Positions 39,422 to 52,645 of a stretch of DNA of 64,000 bases are shown in pieces. The DNA comes from Camelus ferus (Eukaryota): positions 85,128,001-85,192,000 of the forward strand of contig NC_045696.1 of the NCBI RefSeq assembly GCF_009834535.1, read 5' to 3'. Positions within the stretch are counted from its first letter, which is position 1, and each line of letters begins with the position of its first letter. A program made the translations under genes and the position numbers. The notes beneath the pieces were generated by a model, which was given only the letters and a program-made list of their open reading frames with translations, was not told the origin of the DNA and made no database searches.

Positions 39422-39863
39422 TGCAGTAAATTGAATTATTGACTCCAAATCTGGATCCTCAGCTTTAGTAGATGATTTTCCATTTCTTATCATTTTAGCT
39501 TGGTCACTAAACTTGTTCTGGCCAATGTGATGTGTATTAGTCACGGTTTTTGTGCTATTTTCAAACCTGGACCTAAGAGCTTTTGCATGTTTCCCCATAC
39601 CCTCTGTTTCTGCCTTCACCATAAGAAGAATTTGCCCCAAGGAGTGTACTGGTCCAAGGAAGGTAAGAGACATGAGAAGCAGACATAAGTCAAACCCACT
39701 GCAGGAGCCAAGTCCAAGCAGATGTGCAGCTTGAAGCAGAGCTGTCCAGTGTATCTGAGCAGATCAGATGTTCCCCACCCCAGGTGACCTGCAGACACAT
39801 GACTGAGAATTATATGTCACTGAGTTTTGAAGGCTTTATTTCACAGCAAGGATTGATTGATAC
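39422..39863 (+). mobile_element. MaLR solo LTR (MLT1I/J-like)
   Basis: ttgttctggccaatgtgatgtg; tctgccttcaccataagaaga; gacctgcagacacatga; cactgagttttgaaggc. Confidence 0.7.
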
Positions 39864-41286
39864 TCTTCCCAAATGTTTTACTGTCTCTGCTTCGTCACAG
39901 TTCCATATACAGATTATATATTATTTTACAGATTATGATACTGTTTTAAATTTTCTATAGTTTGTGTCTATAACTTTTAAATAAAATGCTGTAACTTTTA
40001 GGTCTAGTCTGTCGCCTCAACAATATTGACTTTCTACTTTGCAAGATGAAGGTAATAAATAGTACTGCTGTTTTCCATTTTTCTCTCTGCACTGAGAATC
40101 CATCTTCTTTCAGATCTTAATCATTCCCCGGTTCGCTATGTCTCTTTACCATGCTAATTTTATAAAGTTAAAAACAAAAACATGCAAGAATAGGAATAAA
40201 AATAAAAGTAAGTGACAACAGAAAACAACATTAACAATAAGAAATACCAAGTAGTATGTTAAGGTTACATTTCCTTTTGTATCCATACCATTGAGTCACT
40301 CTGAGTGGGGTTTTCCTAACTAGGAGTATATTTTTAGTATATATATTATTAGTAAGTAGAATATGAGTGTCAATACTCTCTAATAATTAACAACCTGTTC
40401 ATCTTAAAGCACTTTCATTAAAAAGAACAGTGGTGGAAATTTTGCTTTTCCTCTTTTCTTAATTCCCTATCATTTAAACATATTGCTAACTTTGGCAATC
40501 CAGCTCTTTGTGGATTTTGATGAAAGGACAAGATCTGATTCAGGCTATAGATGTCAGACCAGGTATTCATTCTCCCAGGGCCCTGGAAGCTAATGGTCAA
40601 TTTCACTCATTCAGGAACTTCTCAAGAGTTTGAGTTCGGAAGAAAAAATGTAACACAAGCAAGAAGATGCAGTTGAGATGGCCTTCCAGGTGTCTCATGA
40701 ATTCAATGTTCATTAGAGTTGGCACCAGAAAAACATTCAAACCAGATTTCTGGTGAGATGGGCTGAGTTCTTGTTCACCTATCTTTTAATAAATCCAATT
40801 TCCATTACATTAAAGAGAATTGGTTTCTTGTGCTGGCAAGTAAGTTTCTTGATTTGTATATTATTCTTATAATATTTTATTTTTAAAATCATGGCTGTTT
40901 AATCTATGAGTAGAAAAGTTAATTACTACATTAAGCATAATTTCAGCTGTATAACTTGAACAATTTTGATGATTATTAATTTTCAGTAAAAGACAAATGA
41001 TAGATCATTTTAGCATTTTGATATTAGATACATCAAATTTTGATTAAAAAACTAATCTAGAGACATAGTTATTAAATATTTATTTATATTATTTTTATTT
41101 TATCATGTATTTATTGTTATATATTTATTAATTCAAAGGTTTAAAGAAAAATAAAATAGAATTTAACTCACCAGTTTGGAGTGGCCAAACTCACATTTAT
41201 ACTGCTGTCAAACACTCTCAACAATTTTCAATTCTTTCTCTCTCCGTGAGTAATTTAGCAAAATATATGCATTATTATCCTCCAGT

Positions 41287-41290
41287 GAAA

Positions 41291-41349
<59 letters not shown>

Positions 41350-41386
41350 GAAGGAAGAAAGGAAGGAAGAAAGGAAGAAAGGAAGA
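41287..41386 (+). repeat. Compound (GAAA)n/(GGAA)n microsatellite
   Basis: Direct reading of the sequence. Confidence 0.97.
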
Positions 41387-41689
41387 AACTCAAATTATAT
41401 TGAAGCATACAAGTAATGACCTTAGGAGTTTTAAATGAATTAACAACATAGAACAAAATATCAACAGAATGTTGCTAATAGCGAGAGGTTAATTTTTAGA
41501 CAGACCTATTAGAAATTTATGTCACATTTATGAAGCAATGAAATTATTTCACTATTATAGACCTTTTTCTGAAACCTTTGGAATTTCTTTTTTGGGACTT
41601 AGCTCAAGATTAGTTTTGTAAGCTGACCATGAAGTTTAGTCTTACTACTTCAGTTACATTGTTTTTCTTTGATTTAGACCACATCTTCC

Positions 41690-41985
41690 AACTTAATCAC
41701 TCTCTTATTTAATAAACTTGGCTCAAAATCGGTTGTGTGGTTTCCAAAAATTGAATCCACTTTTAAATGATAAACATTTTCCTTGATGGGAAATGTAGAA
41801 AGGAATACACTGTAGCCTCCAAGAATAATCCCAAGAGAAGATCCAGAAATACTTTGAACAATGTCAGCATATTTAGGAAAAATGTATGGTCTTACATTGT
41901 CACTATTCACTATTCTCTCTACTATGTGTTTGGTATTTTAAGGATATTTTAAGGATAAATCTTTTAATACATCCTTCATAATCAC
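41690..41985 (+). mobile_element. Ancient mariner-derived fragment (MARNA-like)
   Basis: aacttggctcaaaat..tggtttccaaaaattgaatccacttttaaa and ctttgaacaatgtcagcat, resembling the mariner transposase C-terminus (DLAP..FPKI). Confidence 0.6.
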
Positions 41986-43479
41986 TACTTAGAAAAGACA
42001 AATTTTTCTCTACCTCATTTATTTCTCTACCTTATATTATACTTGATATTAATATTTAAAGGAATTTTTAACCTTTGTAAATACTATGAAAGTAACAAGG
42101 ATTTACTTTATATTTTTCCTGGCAATTTGCACATATGAAAACTAGAATATGTTGTTTTAAAAACAGAGTAAATTTCATTCATTTTGAGTCTATGTGATAG
42201 TTCGCTATTTGCTTGCTAGCTTGTTTATTAGTTTTCTAATGAATTTCCAGGAGATTAACCCTCACCTGATTTGATTTTTTATTTTAAGTTTTCAATTTAT
42301 AAATATGTATTCCATGACTTCTAATGCCAATAATTCTGCAAGGTGAAAATAATGGGCATGATCTTTTTCCTTATTGGAGCTTGTATTTTAGTGTAGGGGA
42401 GAGAAAAAAATAAACAAAATTACTCCTCATGCTGAGGAGTGCTCCAAAGGAAATAAACAGGGTCTAGAATGAGGTTTCTATCCTAGAAATCCTAGTGATC
42501 AAAAGAGAATCTATCTGATTCTTGGAGAACAAGAAAGAAGCCAATCAAGAATTCCAGACAACAGGAGAAGAATGGTACTGGCGAATTTGAGTAAAGGCCA
42601 TTATAGATGGATTACAGAGACCTGGTGTTTGGGGAATAAAATGGAATGATTCTGAAGTAATAAGCAGAATCTAAACTATGCAGGATCCTGTAGGAAAGGA
42701 AAGGGTTGAGACGATTCCGAATTTGTATTTAGAAATGTGTAAGATTCTGTCTTATACAATTTAAGCATTTTGGTGGCTTTTAATAAAATGTCTAAGAAAG
42801 GTGAAGACATTGTGTGGAGAGACAAAAATAATTTGTTTTACTTTAGACTTCTTAAATTTTAGAGATCTTGATGTATAAATATTCTGATTGATATAGAAAC
42901 CTTTTGTGTGGTACATGTGTGGAGGTGTGTGTAGACAGATATAAACATGCATGTATATGCACAGGTCCTAATGAATAGCATAATTTAAGCATTTTCATTT
43001 GATAAAGAATTCAACAGTAAAATCTCAACATTCTTGCATGTATCATTTGCCTTGATGAAAACTGTAAAGTCGATTGTAACTTTGCACACAGACAATTGAA
43101 TGATTTTTGTTTGATGCTGTATACTTTCCACGTGGAGATCTTACCAATTCCCCATACTTACACTCTTAATTCCTTATATAGCTCCAATTCATATCTTGTA
43201 TGGAACTCGCCTTGAGACAAATAAGAAGAAAATCAATAGCTCATTTCCACATAATAAATTCATATGAGTCTCTCATAGATGTGTAAAATTTAAGATGTTT
43301 CCCTGAAAGGTACATTAATGCATATTTTTCTTTAAATTTCAGCAATGTCCCTGAAAAGCAGAAGGAATTTATTAATTTTTTGTAAATATGAAGGAATAAA
43401 GGAGTCCAATAAACATTTTAAGATATATTTCTGCTGAATTTCTAAACCAATATCATTATTATGATCTTATAAAAAATTA

Positions 43480-44030
43480 CACTTGATCCAACAATTCCAC
43501 TTCTAGGTATATGTACAAGAGAAATGAAAACATACATTCATGTAAAAACTGGTACATAAATATTCATAGCAGTATTATTCTTAACAACCAAAATGTGGAA
43601 ACAACTCAAAAATCCATTAATAGGTGAATGGATAAACAAAATTTGATATATCCATACAATAGAATATTATTCAGCCAAAAAGAAATGAAGTATTGATGAA
43701 TGCTACAACAAAAATAAATCTTGAAATTGTACTAAATATAAAAATCCAGACACACAAGACCACAAATTATTTTATTCCACTTATATGAAATATCCAAAAG
43801 AGGCAAAAAGAGAGAGATAAAAAGTAGAGATTAGAGGTTGACAAGGCTGAGGGGTGGGAAAGGAATGGAGAGTCACTGCTGATTTGTACTGGGTTTTCTT
43901 TTCTGGCAGTGATGAAAATGTTCCAAAATTAGGTTGTGGTGGTGATTGTTCAATTCCATGAATATACTAAAAGGCATTGAATTATTCATTTTAAAATGGT
44001 ATGTGAATTATATCTCAGTTAAGCTATTAA
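43480..44030 (+). mobile_element. L1 (L1MB-like) 3'-UTR
   Basis: gatccaacaattccacttctaggtatat...gtgatgaaaatgttccaaaattag...tgtgaattatatctcagttaagct. Confidence 0.88.
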
Positions 44031-44049
44031 AGGATTAAAATCCAAATAT

Positions 44050-44850
44050 ACAAAAAAGGAAGTAAAAGAAATCAGATATAACTTCATACAAAATTATAAA
44101 ATAAATTTGTATGTTTAGATGAAATGCTAGTTTTCTAGGAAAATGTAAACTTCCAAAATGAACTCTAGAAGGTGTAAGAAACCTGAAGAATCCAGTAACA
44201 TCTGAATAAAGTGAGCATACTGCAAAGTATTTCAACCCAATTAAATACATTGTGCAAAATTATTTCATGGGCTAGTTCAAATTGAAAGAATAATAAATAT
44301 ATATATATGCTATTCAAAATGTTCTAATACATAGGGAAGGAAAATAAACAAGATGAACAAAGCAACCAAAACAACAACAAAAAGATGAAGAATGTAGAAT
44401 AAGCACAAATGCATTTATGACTAGCACATAAATTATAAAGTATTATTAAATTTGATCTAAGTGTATATTAAGAATAATAAGCTACATGACCAAGTAAGCA
44501 TTACACTGGGGATGCAATGATGTGCCAAGCTTATCATCTATATAATAAAAGATAAATGAGAGGTAAATATAAACACTGAATTCTTATAAACCTTCCCCAA
44601 ATAGCTAAGAAAACAAGCAGTATTTGTTCCTATGATTGTATCTATATACATGTAATTATATACCAACATCAATTTAAATTAGCAGTCAACATCATTCTCA
44701 GCAAGGAAACACTGAAGACATCCTCAATACAAACAGGAAGAGGAATGTAACACTCTGACTCCATATTATTTAACATGGCTTGACATTTCAACAACAAATT
44801 TTGAAGAGTGTGAAATGTAAGTCGTAAGTGTTAGAAACAAAGAAAAAATA
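44050..44850 (+). mobile_element. Degraded L1 ORF2 fragment
   Basis: ttagatgaaatgctagttttctaggaaaatgtaaacttccaaaatgaac; catgaccaagtaagcattacactggggatgcaa. Confidence 0.6.
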
Positions 44851-45343
44851 GAGGAATCATTAAAACACTAGCTCTAGAGTCACATTTTCTGTAGTAGAAG
44901 CCCATCTTCTGCTTTATCTCATCAAATACTGGTTAAAAACACGACATTTATGTTTGGAAAGACAAATATTTGCACGTGTAGAGGGAAGAGGGTGGGGTGG
45001 AGAACAGAAAAATGTCAGGTTGGTGTTTCAATTTGCCTGGTGAATGCCTGCTGCAATTTTCCTCAATCTGTCTTGGTCCCAGAAAAGTTTACTATGTGAG
45101 CCAACTGTTCTCACTGCTTTAGGGTTCACGTACTTGAGTTAAACGTCGGGTAGGGCAATCAATATAGCAGTCTCCAAACATTTCTGACATGTATTCCTAT
45201 CACTTAAAGACTCGAGTGTGGATCTTTTAAAAAGTCTATGCATTTATTTGAAAATTTTATCTATGCACAATTGCATTAAACAACACAAAAGTGAAAATTG
45301 TATAAGAATGAAAAAATATGAAATAATTATTCAAGAAATTTTA

Positions 45344-47627
45344 CAGGGATATCTCCGAGATACTGCAGGTTCTGTTCCAGTCCATCACACTAAAGCGACA
45401 ATAAAGCAAGTCACACAGATTTTTTGTTTTCTCAGTGCAGATAAAAGTTATGTTTACAATATATTGTAGTCTATTAAGTGTGAAATAGTATTGTGTTTAA
45501 AAAAACAATATACATACCTTAATTTAAAAACACTTTATTGCCAAAAATTGCTAACTGTCATCTGAGCCTTTGGTGAGCTATAATCCTTTTGCTGGTGGAG
45601 GGTGTTGCCTCGATGCTGATGACTGCTGACTGGTCAGGGTGGTGGTTGCTGGAGGCTGGGATGGCTGTGGCAGTTTTTTAAAAGGAGATACAATGAAGCT
45701 TGCCACACTGATTGACTTTTCCTTTCAAGAAGGACTTCTCTGTAGCACAGCATTTACCCACATTAGAACTTCTTTCAAAATTGGAATCAGTCCTCTCAAA
45801 ACCTGCTGCTGCTTTATGAACTAAATTTATGTCATAGTCTATTTTTTTGTTGTTGTTGTTGTTATTTCAACAGTCTTCTCTGAATCTTCACCAGGAATAG
45901 ATTCTGTCTCAAGAAATCACTTTCTTCACTCATTCATAAGAAGCAACTCCTCATCCATTCAAGTTTTATCATGAGATTATAATGATTCAGTCACACCTTC
46001 AGACTCCACTTCTAATTCTAGTTCTCGTGGTATTTCTACCACATCTGCGGTTACTTCCTCTACTGATGTCTTGGACCCCTCAAAGTTACCCAGGAGGGTT
46101 GAAATCAACTTCTTCCAAACTCCTGTTAATATTGGTATTTTGACCTCTTACCATGAATCACAAATATTTTTAATTGCTTCTAGAATGGTGAATCCTTTTC
46201 AGCAGGTTTTTAATTTACTTTGTCCAGATCTCTACAGCAACTATGAGCTTATAAGATGTATTTCTTAAATAATAAGGCTTAAAAGTGGAAATTACTCCTT
46301 GACTCATAGGCAGCAACATGGGTGTTGTGTTAGCAGACAAGAAAATATTAATCTCATTGGATGTCTCCATTAGAGCTCTTGGGTGACCAGATACACTGTA
46401 AATAGCAGTAAAATTTTGAAAGGAATTTTTTTTCCTGAGCAGTAGTTCTCAATAATGGATTTAAAATATTTAGTAAATCATGTTGTAAACAGATATCATG
46501 TCATCCAGACTTTGCTGTTACATTTATATAGCACAAGTAGAGCAGATTTGCACAGTTACTAAGTGCCCTAGGATTTTTGAAATGATAAATGAGCACTGAC
46601 TTCAGCTTAAAGTCACCAGCTTCATTAGCCCATAATGACAGTCAACCTGTCCTTTGTGGCTTGGAAGCAGGCATTGACTTCTCCTCTGTAGCTATGAAGG
46701 TACTGGCTGGCATCTACTTCCAATATAAGGCCGTTTCATTTAAGTTGAAGATCTGTTGTTTAGTGTAGCCACTGTCATTAGTCATCTCAACTAGACCTTC
46801 TGGATAACTTGCTGCAGCTTCTACATCAGCACTTGCTGCTTCAACTTGCACTTTTATGTTATGGAGATGACTTCTTTCATAAAATCTCATGAACCAACCT
46901 CTGCTAGCGTCAAAACTTTCTTGACAGAATTGAAGAGAGGGATTGCTTTAGATAAAACTTTCTCCATATAAGTAATAAGGCCATTTTGTGTTCTTGTCAT
47001 TTTCGTGTTCACTGGAGTAGCACTTCTAATTTCCTTCAAGAACGTTTCCCTTGCATTCACAACTTAGCTACCTGACACAAGAGGCCTAGCTCTCAGCCTG
47101 TCTCAGCTTTCTACAGGCATTCCTCACTAAGCTTAACCATTTCTAGCTTTTGATTTAAAATGAAAAATGTGAGATGCTACCTTTCACTTGAACACTGAAA
47201 AGCCATTGTAGGGTTATTACTAGGCTGAATCTCAAAACTGTTGTGTCTCAGAGAATAGGGAGGCCTGAAGACAGGGAGAGTGACAGGGGAACAGCTGGTC
47301 TATGGAGTAGTCAAAACACATACAATATTTATCAATTAAGTTCACCATGTTATGTGGGTGCAGTTCATGGTGTTCCAAACAATTACAATAGTTACATCAA
47401 AGATCACTGATCACAGATCACTGTAACAAATATAATAATAATGAAAAAAGCTTGAAATACCGTGAGAATTACCAGAATGTGACACAGAGACAGGAAGTAA
47501 GCAAATGCTCTTGGAAAAAATGGTAGCAAAGAATTGCTTAATGCAGTATTGGCACAAACCTTCAGTTTGCATAAATGCAATATTGACAGTGTGCAATAGT
47601 GAAGAACAATAAAATGAGATATGCCTG
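45344..47627 (-). mobile_element. Near full-length Tigger1 DNA transposon (decayed pogo-like transposase on the minus strand)
   Basis: TIRs cagggatatctc... / ...gagatatgcctg; TA on the left flank, CA (mutated TA) on the right; continuous Tigger1 body; 2284 bp; no intact ORF. Confidence 0.93.
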
Positions 47628-49722
47628 CATTTGCTAACAGCACAAAAACTGTCTTGTTCCAGAGAAGCTAATAATTTTTTAGTGAAATCAATATGACTGA
47701 ATGTGCTTGGTTTAACATTTTATGGTGCAGTGATTTGAAGTTCTGGTCCTAAACATATTTAGCTTGATACCCATTGTCCTACCTGAAAAAAACGTTCATA
47801 AATATACACAGGTATAAGTTAATAAATATCACCATTGACTGATCTTCATAAATATTATTTTTTCTCTCAGTCCTGTCTACCAACTTTGACAAGAATTTGC
47901 TGAAATTCACCTGGTGTTTTTCATCTTCCCATTTGTTATTCTTGTAAACTGATCAAAGTATGTTGCATTTTTACAATTCAATGGATTCAAATCACACTGA
48001 ATCTCTTCATTTGGAAGATTTTTAAGCAGACAAGAAGTTATGCTTTAAGTTTTAATGTGCAAATATGAGTGTTTCAATAGATTAACTTTACACCATGTTA
48101 AAGAGCAGAATAGCAGTAATGGGAACATTTCTAGATACCTATTTTCAAAAAGCTTTGTTACTTTGAAAAATAGTTGCTTTCTTATGTATTGTTGAAAATA
48201 ATCTTTTACCTTAAAATATATTCGGTTATTTCTTAATGTCTGCTGGGTAAACTACTACACACAACATTTTAGCTATGTGATATTAGAAAACTAGTCAGAA
48301 ATTTTTTATTTTTGTTACCAAAAAATACAAAATTTAAAATCTCCTTGTTGCACATTGTTTTATGAAATAACACGTAAACCTCTGAGTGATAAAAATATTT
48401 TTGGTAATTCTGCATTTCCTTCCACTGTATTATAAATAGTCTATCATTGAAAACATGTTTGTATGAAATTAACTGTCCCTGGTTTTGGGTAGAAAACTAT
48501 CTACCAGGTTAAAATATACTAAAAGGGGGTGATTGAATGTGGGTACTCTTCAATGTTACTTGAAGATATTTTATATACTATGACTGAAACATAGCTGCCC
48601 ATTTAAGGAAGAGTTTTAAAATATTGGGTTTTTTAAAAATAAAAATTAGAATATGCATACTCCAATTCTGGGGGTCACTGACCTTAGTAGTCTTTCTAAT
48701 GAGTGGAATTTCTACTTGAGTCAGTTTCTGAATGTGTCTAGTGCAGACAGAAGTCCATTGAGCAGAATCTTGTTTTATAACCCAGGTTTCACTCAGCTAT
48801 AAATGAACTTAGCTCATAGAAAACAGGATATAATTGACTATTCAAGTCTTGAAGTCACCTACTCCCTTCCTCATAATGAAAGTTTATTTAATACCTTTGC
48901 CTTTGCTATGGATTACTGGCAACTTTTCATTCAGATACATATAGTTATAACTTCTTTTGCACAGTCTCAATTATGCACTCACAATTATGCATTCAACAAA
49001 CACTTACTGAGCACCTCCTTTATAAGCATCACTATTTTATTTTGTAAATTTACCATAGGTATTCCCCAAAGTCCAATCACCCATGAAGCTTATAGCCTCT
49101 GGCATTTTCTACAATTTCTAATTCCATTCTTTAATACTAATACAGCCAAATTAAGCTATCTTGATCTTCAGGCATTTGAAAATGATACCCATTCATTCAT
49201 TCATTCAGAGATGAGTGAGCTGTGGTAAAAAATAATTACACTCATCGTTATTACAAAAGCTATCTTTTTATCACCTAGTTCTTTGAATAGTGTATTTCCT
49301 GAGCAGGTTTTTGTAAATGATAAGTCCAGAAACAAAATAGAGGATGAAATGGAATACACTTTTCTTAGGACCATCATTTATCACCCTATCCCTTGGTATT
49401 TGTCTGGATAAGGTGCCAGACTTCAGTTCCAAGGCTCAGTGGAGTCTCTCTAGAAACATCATAAGGCCTTGATGACAGCAATCTCATGTTGCTCCATTTT
49501 TTAAAAAATACCAGAAATGGTGTGCAGTGGGAGGTAGTCTCTAAAGCATCAGATTAGAACTCCTGAGATTCTCTGCCTATTTATTCCTTTTCTGCTCCCT
49601 CTTTCATAAGAAAACCTCCCTCTCAGGTACATTTTGCAACACAAAATCATAAATGATACAAAACTTTCAGGCATATATTGCTAATACAAGCTATGCCAAG
49701 GCTAAGGTTGTATAATGGGTCA

Positions 49723-50108
49723 TGTTAAAATAACCAAAGAGAACAATTTAGTTGATCTAAGCAAATTTTATTTTACATTTTGTGAAGTAGGCAGTCTCCC
49801 CTCTTAAAGAGTTCAGAATACTACAAAGCAAGGAACAGGGCTGCGAGCTTTTATACAGAAAGACAACTGGGGAATAACAAAAGGGTATTTGGTTTAAGTT
49901 GATTGGCTGGGGTTGCATATCTGACCTCATGCAGAACGAGGAAATCATTACAGATTCTTGGCAGCTGGGGACTGGCTGGCTGGATGTACAGTGTTTCTGG
50001 TCAAGTGGAGCATTTACAGGAACAGGAAAGCTATCTTAGTTTCCATTTACTGATGTGGCACCCTAGGCAGGAGCTGCTCCATCTTGGGCCTAAAAATTTA
50101 TTTCAGCA
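49723..50108 (-). mobile_element. ERV1-type solo LTR
   Basis: TG...CA termini; 4-bp flanks gtca/gcca; reverse-strand poly(A) signal (tttatt), TATA (ttttata) and CCAAT (gattgg) in correct order. Confidence 0.8.
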
Positions 50109-52482
50109 GCCATTTGAATTTCTCTAACACTGTTCATTTGACATTTATATCAAAGGCAACTGATGTTTCCAATGCAGAGGGTAAAGGAGACCCTAGTGGA
50201 GAACAAAGGTCATAGTCTATTAAACACACATGAGTGGGGGAAATCCATTTTACCCAAACATAGGATACAAAATGCAGCATACAATCTCTATCCACAGACA
50301 CTTTTGATCTAGAAGGTTATATTACTCTTAGTCATATGTAACTACTGAAAAAAAGTAGAAAAAAATAAATTCCATATGAGAAGACTTTGTGAGTTCAAAG
50401 ATACTGCTTCACAATTATCTTTGGCACTGTTGTGTTAATTAGAAGGGATGCCTGTCAAGTGAAACTGTTCAGTCTTGCACATTGGATTATATGAGAAAAA
50501 TATCATTTGCTGATATTAATGCCACACAACAGGATAACAGCTCTAACTGAAACATTTATATACAGTTGGGGTGGGACCACAGAAATGAAACCATATGTTC
50601 AGTTCAGAATTCCCTAAATCCTAGATACAGTCACATTCAATAAATACAAAGCAACTCACAAGTGAAATTTCTTTTCTAGTAGTAATAGTATTTTCCTACT
50701 CTTGGATTGATATCACTCTCATATTGAACTGGCTTAGATCACATGCCTACAGTTGCTCTTTCTTCCTAGGGGAAACGGATGCACTGATCTGTCAAGACTG
50801 CAATACAGACTATCCGTGAATCAGTTCATCCACATGCGTTGGTTTGAGAGTGTAATGAGATCAACTGCCAAATGAGGCGACTGAAGGAAGAATGGATAAT
50901 GGATGCTCAGAAGAAAACAACAAATACACCGTGGTACTAAAGGAATAACTGCAGGAAGTCCCTTTACTGCTTTCTATCATTTAAACAGTCTTGTCAGTCA
51001 ATATGCAGTCTCTAGAGGAAAAAAAAATTTCTGAGTCTCTCAAATAGCCTTGGTCTTCATTGCTTTCCTCCCAAGATGACATCTCAGGGAAGCTGTGTGC
51101 AAACATAAGTTGGAAGGAGGGCTGGGAGTCTCTGGTGCTTTGTCTATTGGATGCTCCAGTCTCTATCAGCTTACATGCCTGCCTGCATCTCCTGTTTTCC
51201 ATCCCAAAATCCTTTCTATCACTCCCTAATGTCACCTATGCTTCACCCGCAGTGAAACAAACCTTGTCTCAAGAACTGGGGCAGAGGAAGTAGCTTGACT
51301 ATTATACTACACGGAGAAACCTATGTTGTGAGTCATCTAGTAACCCTAATGATAATATCAACACTTATAAAGCACCATGTGTCAGACATAGTTCTAAGCA
51401 CTTTGCAACTATTGACTCATGTAATAAAATGAAGCACTATATTAAGTCAGGACCTCATACTCTTAAATGCTAGACTGTTCCCTGGTAGGTGTGTTCTCTA
51501 GGCTGGGTAGGATGAAGATCCTGTAACCAAAAAGGTCAAAGTGATAATCACGTTAATAATCCTCCAAAGTTTCTCCTTTATTTCTTCCCCACCTCTGGTG
51601 GAGCTATAACCCCATGGTTGCTTTATTTACAAGGTATTCATATAGGCATTAATAATGCATATTGTAGAATATAGTAATATCAACTCTGCTTTGGTTGACC
51701 TTCTCAGGAGCTAGGAACATGGTCTCAGAGTGGAGAGAAAAAGAAAAGAAAAGAGGGAGACCTGAAAAGGCAGGCAGACCTTTTAGGAAGTCAGGAAGAG
51801 GCAGGAATAATACAACAATAATAATGCACCTAAATCCATCCTGTTGAAATAGAATCCTGGATTTATTTTGATCTACTTCCCTCGCCCAGCACGATTTCCC
51901 AAATTTGCAACATAAACCACACTGTTCTCTTGTTCCAGAGTAAAGGGAGAAGCAGGGACTTTGAAAGGAAGGAAGCGGAAATGGATTGCTTCCAAGGGCT
52001 GGATTGTTGGCCTAGGGTAAACGAGAAGGAACACAGCTCAAGTGGCTTTTCCCAGGTCACTGTGTGATATACAAGAGACGCAAGAACTGTGTGTATCAGG
52101 TTTAATTGGTTTGAAGCTGCCTGTGATGGGAAGCGGCACAGCATTAAGAAGAAATCAAGGAAACGAAACTGAAAGGCTTGGTTTCTGGTTCCAGCTGCCA
52201 CCAGCCCTTTGATCTTGGGCATGTCACATCTCCTTGGGCTTTATTTTCCTCTTCATGGTTCTGAAAACTAAATATTAATTATAATCACACAGTATCTTTT
52301 AAAATGTAATACTTCTGTGTCTCACTTCAGACCTAGGAAATAAGAATACCTAGAAAATCTATTTACACAGAAACCTCTTCATGTGATTTCAATAATCAGC
52401 CACTTGTAAACCACTGGGCCAGAAGATATCTTAACTCCATTCCTGTTGAAATGTTTACATTCTGTTTAAAAATTTTTAATCC

Positions 52483-52645
52483 CTTTTTTAAAAAATATAA
52501 TCCACATACCATAAAACTCACCATATAAATGAGTGGATTTAATATATTTACAAGTTATACAGCCATTACCACTATCCAACTCCAGAACTCTCTCACCATG
52601 CCAAAGAGAAACTCTCTACCTATTAGCAGTTACTCCCTTTTCTCA
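52483..52645 (-). mobile_element. L1 3' terminal fragment
   Basis: tccacataccataaaactcacc...cagccattaccactatccaactccagaac...tattagcagttactccc. Confidence 0.75.

Noticed and set aside
48803..49228. 141-aa ATG ORF
   Set aside because: Runs through L2-tail-like sequence (cattcaacaaacacttactgagcacc); composition typical of AT-rich non-coding DNA; no homology recognised.
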